A DNA stretch of 64,000 bases, from NCBI GenBank assembly GCA_018780035.1, contig JADMKE010000047.1, positions 7,823 to 71,822 of the forward strand, read 5' to 3'. Under the pieces are notes generated by a model. The model worked only from the letters and a program-made list of their open reading frames with translations, was not told where the DNA came from and did not search any database. The translations under genes were made by a program, and so were the position numbers. This document shows, in pieces, positions 8,775 through 18,770 of the stretch. The stretch is from Candidatus Sericytochromatia bacterium (lineage in GTDB: Bacteria; Cyanobacteriota; Sericytochromatia; UBA7694). How positions within the stretch are numbered: position 1 is the first letter of the stretch; every line of letters starts with the position of its first letter.

Positions 8775-9797
8775 ATGAAAATTCATGCCAAAGCCCCCAA
8801 CCGCATCGATCTCAGCGGAGGAACTCTGGATATTTATCCCCTCTACGTCTTTGTCGATGGCGGATATACCCTCAATGCTGCGATTGATCTCTACAGCGAA
8901 GTCACGCTCACCCCGCGCAGCGACGAGCGCTTTGTCTTTGTCTCCGAAGATCTGGATCTGCATTTGGAACTCAGCCGCGCAGAATTGCAAGCCGGGGTGC
9001 CCCAGGGGGATATTTTTCAGCTCTTGGTCGAAATTGTGCGGTTTTATGAGCCGGCCACAGGCCTGGAGATCCGAACCCGCAACCAAGCCCCCAAGGGCTC
9101 TGGTCTGGGGGCCTCTTCATCGCTCTTGATCGCCTTAAGTGGCGCCCTCAACCAATACAACCGCACATACATGGACGGCGAAAGCCTGATTCGCTACGGG
9201 GCCGATCTTGAAGCCCGCTCTCTGGGCATTCCCACAGGCAAACAGGATTATTACGCCGCCCTTTATGGGGGCTTGAGCGCCATTCACTTTGGCGTGGAAG
9301 GGGTTGAGCACCAAAATCTCGACCTGGAGGGTTCGTTTATTGAGAAGCTCAACCAATCGCTTTTGGTTTCGTTTACGGGCCAAAGCCATTTTTCGGGCAC
9401 CAATAATTGGGGCATGCTCAAGGCCTATGTCGAAAACCAGGGCCAGACCCGCGAACATTTACACGCCATTCGCCAGACCTCCGAAAAAATGCTTGATGCC
9501 CTGATGAGCGAAGATCTGGAGCAATTGGTGCATTTGATCAACGAAGAGTGGCACAACCGCAAATCTCTGGCTGAAGGGGTGAGTACCCCTCAGATTGATG
9601 CGATGATGGCGGCGGCCCAGGCGGCGGGTGCATGGGCCAGCAAAATTTGTGGGGCTGGGGGCGGTGGCTGCATGTTGACGCTCTGCCCAGCCGGGCTGAA
9701 AGAGCAGGTGGCAAAAGCCTTGGAAAGCCAGGGAGCCCAGGTCATGCACCACAGGATTGCGAGCCAGGGTTTACAGGTCAGCGTATTGGCTGACTAA
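8775..9797 (+). CDS. GHMP-family sugar kinase (heptose-phosphate / fucokinase-like)
   Basis: 340 aa. N-terminal APNRIDLSGGTLD, GHMP motif II PKGSGLGASSSL, and C-terminal KICGAGGGGCM. Confidence 0.8.
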   Translation: MKIHAKAPNRIDLSGGTLDIYPLYVFVDGGYTLNAAIDLYSEVTLTPRSDERFVFVSEDLDLHLELSRAELQAGVPQGDIFQLLVEIVRFYEPATGLEIRTRNQAPKGSGLGASSSLLIALSGALNQYNRTYMDGESLIRYGADLEARSLGIPTGKQDYYAALYGGLSAIHFGVEGVEHQNLDLEGSFIEKLNQSLLVSFTGQSHFSGTNNWGMLKAYVENQGQTREHLHAIRQTSEKMLDALMSEDLEQLVHLINEEWHNRKSLAEGVSTPQIDAMMAAAQAAGAWASKICGAGGGGCMLTLCPAGLKEQVAKALESQGAQVMHHRIASQGLQVSVLAD

Positions 9798-9927
9798 CTT
9801 GCTCGGCGAACCTTGTCGACGAATACGCCCGCCACTGACAATCGGGGGCGAAGTGCGAGCCCTCGCTGGAGCCATTTCGGGCCAATTCCAGGTTCATTCT
9901 GGGCCCATTCCGTTGTTAATTGGGGGA

Positions 9928-10071
9928 TTACTGGTTTTCGTGGGTGGAGATCCGCACCAATGAGGGAGCGGGCTCGGGTTGTGCAGGCTGGTTATTGGCG
10001 ATCAGCCAATAGATCATGCCGCCGGTGAGGAGAAAGAACGTGACCTCGGATACGTGATACAGGGTGTCCAT
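9928..10071 (-). CDS. possible 47-aa single-TM protein
   Basis: ATG 10071 gives MDTLYHVSEVTFFLLTGGMIYWLIANNQ..., with one hydrophobic helix. The ORF-track form (to 10200) adds an implausible N-terminus. Weak support. Confidence 0.2.
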   Translation of the reverse strand: MDTLYHVSEVTFFLLTGGMIYWLIANNQPAQPEPAPSLVRISTHENQ

Positions 10072-10293
10072 GAGGAGAGTTCCTTTCTTAACTGCTACTT
10101 TGTTCTGGTTTACACGGTCTATCTTGATACTAAGTCTTTGGGAACCTTTGCAATAGGAGCCAAGCAACAGCAAATCTGTGCGCTGGATCATATGACGCAA
10201 GGCAATTTCAAAAGTTTCATTTTGAAACCTGAAACGGATCCCAAACCTGCTTAAGAACGCATTCTCAATTCTGCATTCTCAAATTTCCATTGC

Positions 10294-10340
10294 TTGCCCT
10301 GAGCGTTCCCCTGAGCTTGTCGAAGGGAACCGAAGGGCAA
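10294..10340. repeat. nested palindromic REP-like element
   Basis: Outer stem TTGCCCT (10294..10300) pairs with AGGGCAA (10334..10340). Inner stem GTTCCC (10305..10310) pairs with GGGAAC (10325..10330). The loop is CTGAGCTTGTCGAA. It translates as LSLSKG on one strand and LRQAQG on the other. Confidence 0.55.
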
Positions 10341-10487
10341 ACCCACATTCTTAAACATACATATACCATCTGTATGTATTTGTATTATACACAAAACTGT
10401 TTGAGAATTGCAAGCCCTGTTTTGCGCGCAAAGCCTGTTTTTGGGATACAATACGATCCACAGCAACGCCTGTATGGAGGAATCATC

Positions 10488-11483
10488 ATGGAATACCGTT
10501 ATTTGGGGAAATCCGGGCTGAAGGTCTCAGCCCTCTCGTTTGGCTCTTGGGTGACGTTTGGCACCCAAATGGATGTGGACTTTGCCCTGAGCTGCATGAA
10601 AGCCGCGTATGATGCTGGCGTGAATTTCTTTGACAACGCCGAAGTCTATGCCAATGGTCAGTCCGAAGAGATCATGGGCCATGTCTTTAAAAAAGCCGGT
10701 TGGAAACGCTCAGATCTGGTCATTTCGACAAAGCTCTTTTGGGGTGGCCCCGGGCCTAATGACCGCGGGCTTTCGCGCAAACACATTGTCGAAGGCACCG
10801 ATGCAGCCCTCAAGCGCATGCAACTCGACTATGTCGATCTGATCTTTTGTCATCGCCCAGATTTGCATACACCCCTCGAAGAGACGGTTCGGGCCATGAA
10901 CCATGTGATCAACCAGGGCAAAGCGCTCTATTGGGGCACCAGTGAGTGGAGTGCGGATCAAATTCGCGAAGCCACATATATTGCCCGCCGTGAGCATTTG
11001 ATTGCGCCCACGATGGAACAGCCCGAATACAATATGTTTCACCGCGAACGGGTGGAAAAAGAATACGCCTCACTCTACCACGAGCACGGCCTGGGCACCA
11101 CGATTTGGAGCCCCCTCGCCAGTGGCTTATTAACCGGCAAATACAATCAGGGGATTCCCGCAGGCAGCCGCATGTCGCTGGACAATTTCTCTTGGCTGCG
11201 CTCCAAACTCGAATCCGAAGAGGGAAGACAACGACTTGAAAAAGTGCAAGCTTTGGCCCCCCTGGCTTCGGAATTGGGGATTTCTCTGGCCCAGATGGCC
11301 TTGGCCTGGTGTCTCAAAAATCCCTATGTTAGCACCGTGATCACGGGGGCTTCCAAACCTGAGCAGGTGGTCGAAAATATGAAAGCCCTCGATCATGTGG
11401 CGTTGCTGACCCCGGATGTACTCGCCAAAATTGAGGCCGTGCTCCAGAATCGGCCCCAACCCGACCAGGATTTTCGAGGCTAG
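10488..11483 (+). CDS. aldo/keto reductase (Kv-beta-like subfamily)
   Basis: ATG 10488 is preceded by GGAGG. The product reads [21 protein letters not shown]...[18 protein letters not shown] and shows an AKR pattern throughout. The ORF-track N-terminal extension covers the palindromic element. Confidence 0.9.
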   Translation: MEYRYLGKSGLKVSALSFGSWVTFGTQMDVDFALSCMKAAYDAGVNFFDNAEVYANGQSEEIMGHVFKKAGWKRSDLVISTKLFWGGPGPNDRGLSRKHIVEGTDAALKRMQLDYVDLIFCHRPDLHTPLEETVRAMNHVINQGKALYWGTSEWSADQIREATYIARREHLIAPTMEQPEYNMFHRERVEKEYASLYHEHGLGTTIWSPLASGLLTGKYNQGIPAGSRMSLDNFSWLRSKLESEEGRQRLEKVQALAPLASELGISLAQMALAWCLKNPYVSTVITGASKPEQVVENMKALDHVALLTPDVLAKIEAVLQNRPQPDQDFRG

Positions 11484-13330
11484 AAATAAGGGGTGTCTTT
11501 GTTCCAGGTTTTAAAGAAGACCTGGGTATTGTTGGTATCCACATACGCGACAGAGGCACCCGCGCCATTGGAATAGTCCTGGCTGCGCGACTGGTTAAAA
11601 AAGAACAGATCCCCAATGCTGCGGCCTGCTCCCTTTTGGGTTGTGCCGTTGACATCTGCGGCCAGCCGGTTTGTGCCTGCAAAAATATCTTTGGCGACTT
11701 CGTAAGCCATGCTGAAGGCATTGTGGGAATTGCCCCCGACTTTGAGTTTGCCATTGAGAAAAGCCTGGTTTTGGGCTTCGTTGAATTGGTAAAAGGTCTT
11801 GCCGCCGCTGTTGGGCATGGGCCGCCAGACAATTTCGAATTGGCCCTCTTCGCGAACAATGTCTTTCATGCTGACGGGTTTAAACTGCTCTGCGGGTTTG
11901 CCTTGGGCCGACATCATCGCGGCTTTTTTCAGGTTCCGGCCCAGGGCGCGGTTCATCATCACCGAGCCGACGGCCAGGTAGCTGTTGTAGTCAATTTGGC
12001 TGCTGGCCATTCCAGCTTCGCCCGTGATCGCAGGCACCAGGGCCTGTAAATTGGCCTCACTATTGAGTTTGAATTTTTCCACCAGACGGCGGCGGGCAAC
12101 GGGGTCGTCGAGCAGTTTATACACTTTTTCTTCAAACTCTTTGGGTTTGGTCAAGGTGCCTTTGCTGTTAAAATAGCTGCCCAGGTCTTTGATCAGTTCA
12201 TCTGCGGATTGTGTGGTGGTGGCCTGTTGCAAGGCAGCGGGGTCCATTTGCAACTGCACAGGGACCTGTTTGTGTTTGTGGGCCGCCGTGTGGGCGAGGT
12301 AATTGAGTTTGTCGCTGCTCAGGTTAAAATCTGCCTGGACGCTGGCCAAGTCAATGGTTTTCGGCGCGCTTTTGTACTCGGAATAATACGGATCGTTTTT
12401 GATATTAAAGGCCACATCATCCAGGGCCAAGAGGGTATTGACAAAACCCACCCCAAATTTTTCGCCAAATTCTTTTTTGACGGCCTCATATTCACCGGCT
12501 TTGACACGGCGACTGAGTTCTGTAAAAAAGCGGCTGTCCACGGTTGTGCCAGCACCATCCGGTGTCGGCAATTTGATACTGGCTTTGTTTTCTGCCAAAA
12601 CCGTTGCCAATTTATCTGCCCAGCCCGGCAACTGGGTTTTGAAGTTTTTTAAAGTCATACCGGGCTGTAGATCAAAGGTTTTATTGACCTTGACGGCATC
12701 ATCGTGTTCGATCAAATTTTGTCCCCCGCTTAACAAGCGGTCGGGAGCTTCGAAAAAATGCTCAAAACTGCGGGGGGGAGCTGGGGGCCCTACAAACCCG
12801 CTTACTTGTGGGGTGCCCGCATTGCTGGGTTGATCTTTGCCTGGTTTTTCTTTGCCACCCAGGGTGATATACGAAAGAGGATTTTCTTGGCGGTAAGCAT
12901 TGAAGGAGGGGCCTGTGGGAACCGGGCTGCGGCCCTTGTCTGTGGCTGCGGGAAAAAGTTCTGTAGGTAATTTCAGCGTCATCCCTGTGTGCAGGGCATT
13001 CGGGTGGCTGAGAATATCGCGGTTGACTTTGTAAAGCTCCATATACAGATTTGCATTGCCAAAGTATTTATTGGCAATGCTGCTCAGGGATTCTCCGCGC
13101 TTGACTGTATGGGTGCTGGGTTGGGGGGTGGGCGGCTCAAAAGAAAGTTGGGCCAAGGCACTGCCTTGGGGGCTGCTTTGAACCGTGCTCAGGTTGGGCT
13201 GTGAGCTGTTGGTCGGGGGCTGGGAGGGAGCGTTGGGGGCCGGGCTAGTGTGTGTGGGAGAAGGTGTAGGGGGTGTTTTTCCTGTCGGCGGTGTCGTCGG
13301 GGTAACGGGGCGACCATCAATGCGGCTCAT
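11480..13330 (-). CDS. LysM-domain protein with a C-terminal SleB-like cell-wall hydrolase domain
   Basis: 616 aa with a Pro/Thr/Ser-rich N-terminus. The LysM segment is [49 protein letters not shown]. The C-terminal segment [10 protein letters not shown]...EEGQFEIVW resembles the Hydrolase_2 (SleB) domain. Confidence 0.65.
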   Translation of the reverse strand: MSRIDGRPVTPTTPPTGKTPPTPSPTHTSPAPNAPSQPPTNSSQPNLSTVQSSPQGSALAQLSFEPPTPQPSTHTVKRGESLSSIANKYFGNANLYMELYKVNRDILSHPNALHTGMTLKLPTELFPAATDKGRSPVPTGPSFNAYRQENPLSYITLGGKEKPGKDQPSNAGTPQVSGFVGPPAPPRSFEHFFEAPDRLLSGGQNLIEHDDAVKVNKTFDLQPGMTLKNFKTQLPGWADKLATVLAENKASIKLPTPDGAGTTVDSRFFTELSRRVKAGEYEAVKKEFGEKFGVGFVNTLLALDDVAFNIKNDPYYSEYKSAPKTIDLASVQADFNLSSDKLNYLAHTAAHKHKQVPVQLQMDPAALQQATTTQSADELIKDLGSYFNSKGTLTKPKEFEEKVYKLLDDPVARRRLVEKFKLNSEANLQALVPAITGEAGMASSQIDYNSYLAVGSVMMNRALGRNLKKAAMMSAQGKPAEQFKPVSMKDIVREEGQFEIVWRPMPNSGGKTFYQFNEAQNQAFLNGKLKVGGNSHNAFSMAYEVAKDIFAGTNRLAADVNGTTQKGAGRSIGDLFFFNQSRSQDYSNGAGASVAYVDTNNTQVFFKTWNKDTPYF

Positions 13331-13455
13331 GGGGGGTAAACCCTTTCTTTCAAATAGACAGACAGAAAGCTGTAATTAATTATAGAATAGGCATTGACCT
13401 TTCTTGTTTCGGGCCCACCCTATTTGCCATTGTGGAGAAAACTGCGGTTCAAATT

Positions 13456-13671
13456 ATGGGAATCTGTATCGATCGCTGCCTCTGTTTTAACCGGACTTTT
13501 GCCGATTTGCAAAAACATGCCCAAGAAATGAACCCGACACAAGGCGCTATAAGTCTGGAAGAATTACAAAAGCAAGTGGTTTTTGGGCTCAAATGCAAAC
13601 TCTGTCACCCCTATGTGCGCAGGATGTTGCACACAGGTGAAACGGTTTTTTATCAGATTCTGACGGATTAA
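13456..13671 (+). CDS. BFD-like [2Fe-2S]-binding small protein
   Basis: Cys pattern C-x3-C-x-C ... C-x2-C (MGICIDRCLC ... LKCKLCHPYV) in about 70 aa. The start is ATG 13456; the ORF track uses GTG 13432. Confidence 0.5.
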   Translation: MGICIDRCLCFNRTFADLQKHAQEMNPTQGAISLEELQKQVVFGLKCKLCHPYVRRMLHTGETVFYQILTD

Positions 13672-14246
13672 GCGCTGGTGAACATATTCCAGCTCTCAGC
13701 CAGGGCAAAGCTGGGCAGCTTTTTTAATTCAGACGAGAGACGCAGCAAAACATCGAGATCCACTTCGGCGCGCACATAATCCCCTTCGTCGGCCTCTCCG
13801 TCTTCAAGTGATTCTTCTTCGGCCTCCGAGCTGCCTTCACTTTCTTCACTCTCTTCGACCTCAGCTTCGGTTGACACCTCCGATTCTGCCGATTCGACCT
13901 CGCCTTCGGCTTCTGGGGCCTCAGCCTCTTGGGTCTCTTCCGTTTCGGGTGCGGCCTGCGCCTCTTGAGGGGCTTCGGTCTCTTCGGGGGCTTCCGCCTC
14001 CATCAATTTGCCAATTTCTTTGACGGCATCCATGGAGGCCACATGGCTCTTGGAAAAAGAGGTGCTGCTCACATCCCGCATCGGGGTTTCGTTAAAAGAT
14101 TTGGCCTTGTTTTCGTCTTTGGGGGTCTGCGCCTTTTCTTGAGGCGCTGCTGCAGACTCCGCTTTGGCGGGTTGGGCTGCCGCTTTTTGCGCAGGCTGCG
14201 ACATTTGCACGGGGGTCATGGGGGTGTTCATCGATGCGCGGATCAT
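13668..14246 (-). CDS. hypothetical highly acidic low-complexity protein
   Basis: 192 aa. The central block of about 80 aa is mostly E/A/S/T/P (EAPEETEAPQEAQAAPETEETQEAEAPEAEGEVESAESE...). It lies directly downstream of the GT2-TPR gene on the same strand. Confidence 0.5.
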   Translation of the reverse strand: MIRASMNTPMTPVQMSQPAQKAAAQPAKAESAAAPQEKAQTPKDENKAKSFNETPMRDVSSTSFSKSHVASMDAVKEIGKLMEAEAPEETEAPQEAQAAPETEETQEAEAPEAEGEVESAESEVSTEAEVEESEESEGSSEAEEESLEDGEADEGDYVRAEVDLDVLLRLSSELKKLPSFALAESWNMFTSA

Positions 14247-14337
14247 GGCGGCACCATCCTGTTTTTATTATTTTAGCAAAACGATCAGCATTAAATCCAG
14301 CCCCCAGGCTAACTCTGAGCCAACTTTGAATCCCGAC

Positions 14338-17300
14338 TCAGACCAGGCCCGCCAATTGGTGCAATTTGCGGTAGCTGTGCCAAGACTCAGCCCGGCTGGG
14401 GTTCTCTTTGACCAGACGCTCGCTGAAATACAGCGCGGTGGTGGGTTGTCCGGCCTGCTCATAAGCCTGGGCCAGTTTTTCCAGCAATTGGCTGCGCGCA
14501 GGGCGCAGGCTGTAAATATCTGGTTGATTGGCAATGCGCTCCAAAACGGCCAAAGCCAATTCATAGCCGCGCAGGGCCTCTTCGCGCAGGCCCATCTGTT
14601 GACAGGCCTCAGCCCAGAGCAAAAGGGCTTCGGGATCTTGGCAGGAATGGGGTTCTATCGCCTGATACACGGGGCGCGGATCGCCTTTGCGCAATTCCAC
14701 GCGCCAGACGCCCTTTTGCAAGGTATCGTGAATCGGGGAAGCTTCCCCAATTTGGGCCAAACCCAAGCGGTAATAGTCGAGGGCCTTGTCCCAATTTTCG
14801 GCTTTTTCTTGGCTCTGGCCGAGAATCAGGTACATGCGCTCGGTTTCGGGGGCCTGGGGAGATTCGGCAATCATGCGCTCCATCAGACCTGTATCGCGCT
14901 GTAGTTTGTTTTTGTCCTGGCGAATTTGCATTTGGTAGCCCTGGTGGTAAATGGGCAGGCCCTGAATATGTACATAGACCATGCGGGGCTTGTCTTGGTG
15001 CATCAGCAATTCATGGACCCGTCCGCGAAAACGGTAAAGGGGATTATTGGCAAAGAGCCTTGGCACGGGCAGACTGTCGGCATTGACTTCGACCCCGTCT
15101 TCGTCGAGGGCCACAACCGAAAAGACATAGGCATCGACATTTGCTCGGTGGTGGGCCAGGTATTGTTTGGCACTGGCAATAAAACCCTCAGGCAGGTATT
15201 CGTCGGCATCGAGCATCAAAATCCAGGGGCAACTGGCCTGCTCCAGAGCAGCGTTGCGGGCCTCGGCAAAGTCATCGCCCCAGGCCCTTTCAAACACTTT
15301 GACTTTCTCAAAGCTGCGGGCAATTTCCAGGGTGCGATCGGTGGAGCCGGTATCTACCAAAATAATCTCATCGGCATCTGCCGAGACACTCTCCAAGCAG
15401 CGCCCCAAAAGTGCCGCTTCGTTGCGCACAATCAGGCAAACCGAGACGCGCAGGGCAGAGCTATCTTGGTTGGGGGGCACCACCCGCTCGGCCAAAGTGA
15501 CCAACTCGGCAGCCACAGTGGCTTTGGCCTGTAATGAATGGGTGTTCCAATCAGAGGGGTCTGAATCGCCCACTTCGGTGTGTAAAAAGCCTTCAACCGC
15601 CAGCCGCATCTGGTTTTTTAAGACCTCCCCTTCGATCTCCCACCAGATTCGCGCCTCTGAATCCGCGCTGATCTCTGTGCTGTCACTGTGAACGTGGGTG
15701 GGCAAAAATCCCATCGGCAAATGGCTTTGGGGCATGCCAGTCACCAGCGCTGGGAAAGGGGACTCAGCCAAAGCTTCCAGCAGCGCAGGGGCCTGGGGAA
15801 CACGGCAGGGCAGCAACCAACAGCTTTGATTGGGGGGCAATGGCAGGGGCTGTTCTAAGAGCACCACAGGGGGCAATAGATCGGAGGTAAAACGCTGTTC
15901 GGCCCAGGCTTTTGCCCGTTCCACATCGGGGCCTGCCTGATTCTGCGCCAAGGCCAGAATCACGTGATCTCCGGCCACAAATTCTTCGTAATAGGCTTTG
16001 AGGGCAATATCGATGCCATTTTCCCAATTGGCTTCGAGTGGAAAAACAAACACAAAAGGCGTTTCAGGCTCTGTCGCGGCCGCCTCAGCGGGAGCCGGGG
16101 TGGGCACGCTGACGGGGAGGGGTTCTCCCCGCAATTGGGCCAAAGCCCGGCGAGCCAGTTGGTTTTGGGGTTGAAGCTCAAGGATTTTTTCAAATTCATC
16201 GCAGGCGGCTTCGATTTTGCCCTGCATCACCAGCACTTTGCCAAGATCAAAGCGGCTTTCGACAAAGTCTGGCTGGGCCATCAGGGCTTGGCGGTAATAG
16301 GTCTCTGCCTGGCTGTAATCTTTGCAGGCAAAAAAGCTAAAGGCCAAATTGTGCCAGAGCATGGCCTGCATGGGCAAGCGCAAGGTGAGATGCTGCAAAA
16401 GGGGGCGGGCAATCAGCGGAGCCTGGTGTTGTAACAGCAACAGGGCAAATTCCAAGACCACCGAGAGCAAAAAGGGCTGGCTGGTGGAATTCAGGGCCGA
16501 AAGACTGTCCTGTTTGAGTTCGGCCAATAATTTTTCAGACAGGGGGCCCATTTCATTGGCCTGAAAATGCCCTTCGTTGGCATTTGCCAAGGCCTTTAGG
16601 GCCTGGTGCAAGGATGCCGAGAATCCCGGCAGATCAGGAAATTGCTGCAAAACAGGGGCCAGCACGGGATAATTGTGGTTTAAAAAAGCGGCTTTGACAA
16701 ATTGTTCAGCCAAATAGGGATGATCGGGCAGGGTTTGCCGGGCTGAGGCAAAAGCATGGTAGGCCTGGGTAAACAGGCCCTCTTCGAGAAAGATCTCTCC
16801 CAGGCCGATCCAAGGTTTCCAGGAGATATCTGGCAATTGCAGCAGCGGATTTAACAGGTTCAGACTGTCTGTCTGGCTCAATTCCAGGGCCTGTTGAAAA
16901 CATTCTTGGGCCAGTTCTGTTTCTTTGACATGGCGGGCCATCACTCCGCGCAAGACCCAGAGAGCGGGCTGTTTTTCAATCGAGGCTTGGGTGTGGCGGA
17001 AGCGGTCCAATTGTTCAAAGGCCATTTGGTGTTTGCCCATTTCCCAGAGGGTTTTGAGCAGGTAGAGGCGTGTCGCCAAAAGGGTAAACCCTGTGTCTGG
17101 TGAACGGGCTGCCAAATGTTGAAGTTCTTCAAAAATATCTTTGGCCTGCTGATCGTTTTGGCGCTCAAAGGCGCGAATGCCCAAAAGTAATTTGACCCCC
17201 GTTGGCGTGTCCATCTGGGTTTGGGCCGCATCGAGCAGGGGGCCAGTGACCTCTGGGCTGCGCAGCCAGCAGGTCTCTTTTGCCGTCAGGGCCAGCCCTG

Positions 17301-17760
17301 TTGCAAAACCCACTTCGGGTTTGCGGCTCAGGCTTTCGCGAAAGAGGGGAAAATACACCTGGCTGTCATACTCAGCAGCTGTGCGTTTAAAGAAGCGGCT
17401 TTCGCTGCGCTGATCCATTGGCGAGCGGCAAACAACTTCAATTTCTAGTAACTCAGATTGAGCCAAACATTTTTCCAGATCTGTCCAAAAACCTGCCGCT
17501 GGGATTTCGCCCGGAAAAACCAGGCCCAGCCAATCCTGCTCTGCGGCTTGGCGGGCTGCGGCCCAGATTTCACCCATGTGATTCTGCCACTGCAAAGGCA
17601 GAATTTTGGCGCCAAAGGCTTTGGCCACCTGTAAAGTTGCCTGATCTGCTCCCAGGTCCAAGACCAGGATTTCACTGACTTGGCCGTTGAGGGCATCCAG
17701 GCTCTGTTTGAGCACTTTTTCATCGGAGCGAACAGGCAGACAGACACTGATCTGAAGCAT
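14338..17760 (-). CDS. multidomain protein: degenerate GT2 - TPR - GT2 - TPR
   Basis: 1140 aa. The internal GT2 reads VSVCLIVRNEAALLGRCLESV...ILVDTGSTDRT...WILMLDADEYL. The N-terminal copy reads ISVCLPVRSDEKVLKQSLDAL...LVLDLGADQ...LGLVFPGE and lacks the DxD. TPR-like repeats follow each copy. Confidence 0.8.
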   Translation of the reverse strand: MLQISVCLPVRSDEKVLKQSLDALNGQVSEILVLDLGADQATLQVAKAFGAKILPLQWQNHMGEIWAAARQAAEQDWLGLVFPGEIPAAGFWTDLEKCLAQSELLEIEVVCRSPMDQRSESRFFKRTAAEYDSQVYFPLFRESLSRKPEVGFATGLALTAKETCWLRSPEVTGPLLDAAQTQMDTPTGVKLLLGIRAFERQNDQQAKDIFEELQHLAARSPDTGFTLLATRLYLLKTLWEMGKHQMAFEQLDRFRHTQASIEKQPALWVLRGVMARHVKETELAQECFQQALELSQTDSLNLLNPLLQLPDISWKPWIGLGEIFLEEGLFTQAYHAFASARQTLPDHPYLAEQFVKAAFLNHNYPVLAPVLQQFPDLPGFSASLHQALKALANANEGHFQANEMGPLSEKLLAELKQDSLSALNSTSQPFLLSVVLEFALLLLQHQAPLIARPLLQHLTLRLPMQAMLWHNLAFSFFACKDYSQAETYYRQALMAQPDFVESRFDLGKVLVMQGKIEAACDEFEKILELQPQNQLARRALAQLRGEPLPVSVPTPAPAEAAATEPETPFVFVFPLEANWENGIDIALKAYYEEFVAGDHVILALAQNQAGPDVERAKAWAEQRFTSDLLPPVVLLEQPLPLPPNQSCWLLPCRVPQAPALLEALAESPFPALVTGMPQSHLPMGFLPTHVHSDSTEISADSEARIWWEIEGEVLKNQMRLAVEGFLHTEVGDSDPSDWNTHSLQAKATVAAELVTLAERVVPPNQDSSALRVSVCLIVRNEAALLGRCLESVSADADEIILVDTGSTDRTLEIARSFEKVKVFERAWGDDFAEARNAALEQASCPWILMLDADEYLPEGFIASAKQYLAHHRANVDAYVFSVVALDEDGVEVNADSLPVPRLFANNPLYRFRGRVHELLMHQDKPRMVYVHIQGLPIYHQGYQMQIRQDKNKLQRDTGLMERMIAESPQAPETERMYLILGQSQEKAENWDKALDYYRLGLAQIGEASPIHDTLQKGVWRVELRKGDPRPVYQAIEPHSCQDPEALLLWAEACQQMGLREEALRGYELALAVLERIANQPDIYSLRPARSQLLEKLAQAYEQAGQPTTALYFSERLVKENPSRAESWHSYRKLHQLAGLV

Positions 17761-17786
17761 GGGAGGATCCTTTAAAATTTAATTAT

Positions 17787-18740
17787 TTATTTATCTTGGG
17801 CATCAAACTCAGCCACCAAAGGCAAATGGTCAGAAGCCCAATAGGCTTCGGGGTTTTGCTGAATATGCACCGAGCGCGGGCGGTACTCCGGCATCATGCT
17901 GGGAGAAACCAAGATATAGTCGATGCGCGAGCGGTATTTTTTGGGGTGGTAGGTAAAGACCGAGGGTTTAATTCCCAGGTCTTGGGCGGCGATGTCGACC
18001 AGCCCAAGGGGGTTTTGCGGGCCGAGCAGGGGTTTTAAGGGGGCCGAAGTGGGTTCGTCGTTAAAATCGCCCATCACGACAAAATTGGCTTTGGGATTTT
18101 GGCTCTGGTAGGTCTTGAGCAAACCCTGAATGGCTGTGGCTTCGGCCTCGCGCACAGCATCGGATTCTTTTTTATCGCCGAGTTTGGACTTGAGATGGAC
18201 AGCAAAGACAGTCAGTGTATAACCGCTGGGGGCTTTGAGGGTGACCTGGAGCAAATCGCGGCCAAAGCCCCGCTTGCGTCCCTTGAGCTCAAATTTAAAG
18301 TCTTTGTGGCTTTTGACTGCGACAATCGGCCATTTGCTCATGACCGCCACGTCAATCCCGCGTGGGTCGTTGCCCTCAATCACAATCGGCTCTTGGTAAT
18401 TCATGTCTTTGAGGTATTTGTCGCGGAAGTCTTTGAGGGTCTTTTGCGACTCCACTTCTTGCATGGCGACCACATCGGGCTGTTCCAAATGAAAAATATC
18501 CGCGAGGGCCCGCAGTTCTTTTTTGGGTTTGGCCCTCTCTTTTTTGTTGCGGGGATTGTCGGGGATGCCATCAAAGAGGTTTTCGACATTGTAAGTGGCT
18601 AATTTGAGCGTGGCGGGTGCGGAGTTGACGTCACGGGGGGCACAGGCCAAACAGGTGGCCAAAAACAAACCCATGGCCAAAGGGGCCCTAAAAAGCGCAA
18701 AACGGGGCCGGAGTCTGAGACGCGAAGATGGGTCAAACAT
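17787..18740 (-). CDS. secreted endonuclease/exonuclease/phosphatase (EEP) family protein
   Basis: Signal peptide, N-terminal LATYNVENLF, and C-terminal ASDHLPLVAEF. Confidence 0.85.
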   Translation of the reverse strand: MFDPSSRLRLRPRFALFRAPLAMGLFLATCLACAPRDVNSAPATLKLATYNVENLFDGIPDNPRNKKERAKPKKELRALADIFHLEQPDVVAMQEVESQKTLKDFRDKYLKDMNYQEPIVIEGNDPRGIDVAVMSKWPIVAVKSHKDFKFELKGRKRGFGRDLLQVTLKAPSGYTLTVFAVHLKSKLGDKKESDAVREAEATAIQGLLKTYQSQNPKANFVVMGDFNDEPTSAPLKPLLGPQNPLGLVDIAAQDLGIKPSVFTYHPKKYRSRIDYILVSPSMMPEYRPRSVHIQQNPEAYWASDHLPLVAEFDAQDK

Positions 18741-18770
18741 AGGAGCTTACCTCAAAATTAGGGCTTCTGT

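Noticed and set aside
10290-10487. N-terminal extension of the aldo/keto reductase ORF, and the opposite-strand ORF 10251..10466
   Set aside because: Both read through the palindromic element (LSLSKG / LRQAQG strings). The AKR fold begins at [10 protein letters not shown], with GGAGG upstream of ATG 10488.
649-13404. Shared 11-mer TTGACCTTTCT at 649..659 and 13394..13404
   Set aside because: Hundreds of exact 11-mer pairs are expected by chance in 64 kb, and no consistent -10 element follows at a proper spacing.
14164-14904. 246-aa plus-strand ORF spanning the 14247..14337 spacer
   Set aside because: It is antisense to both the acidic-protein gene and the 3' end of the GT2-TPR gene, has no recognisable motifs, and looks like a GC-rich shadow frame.
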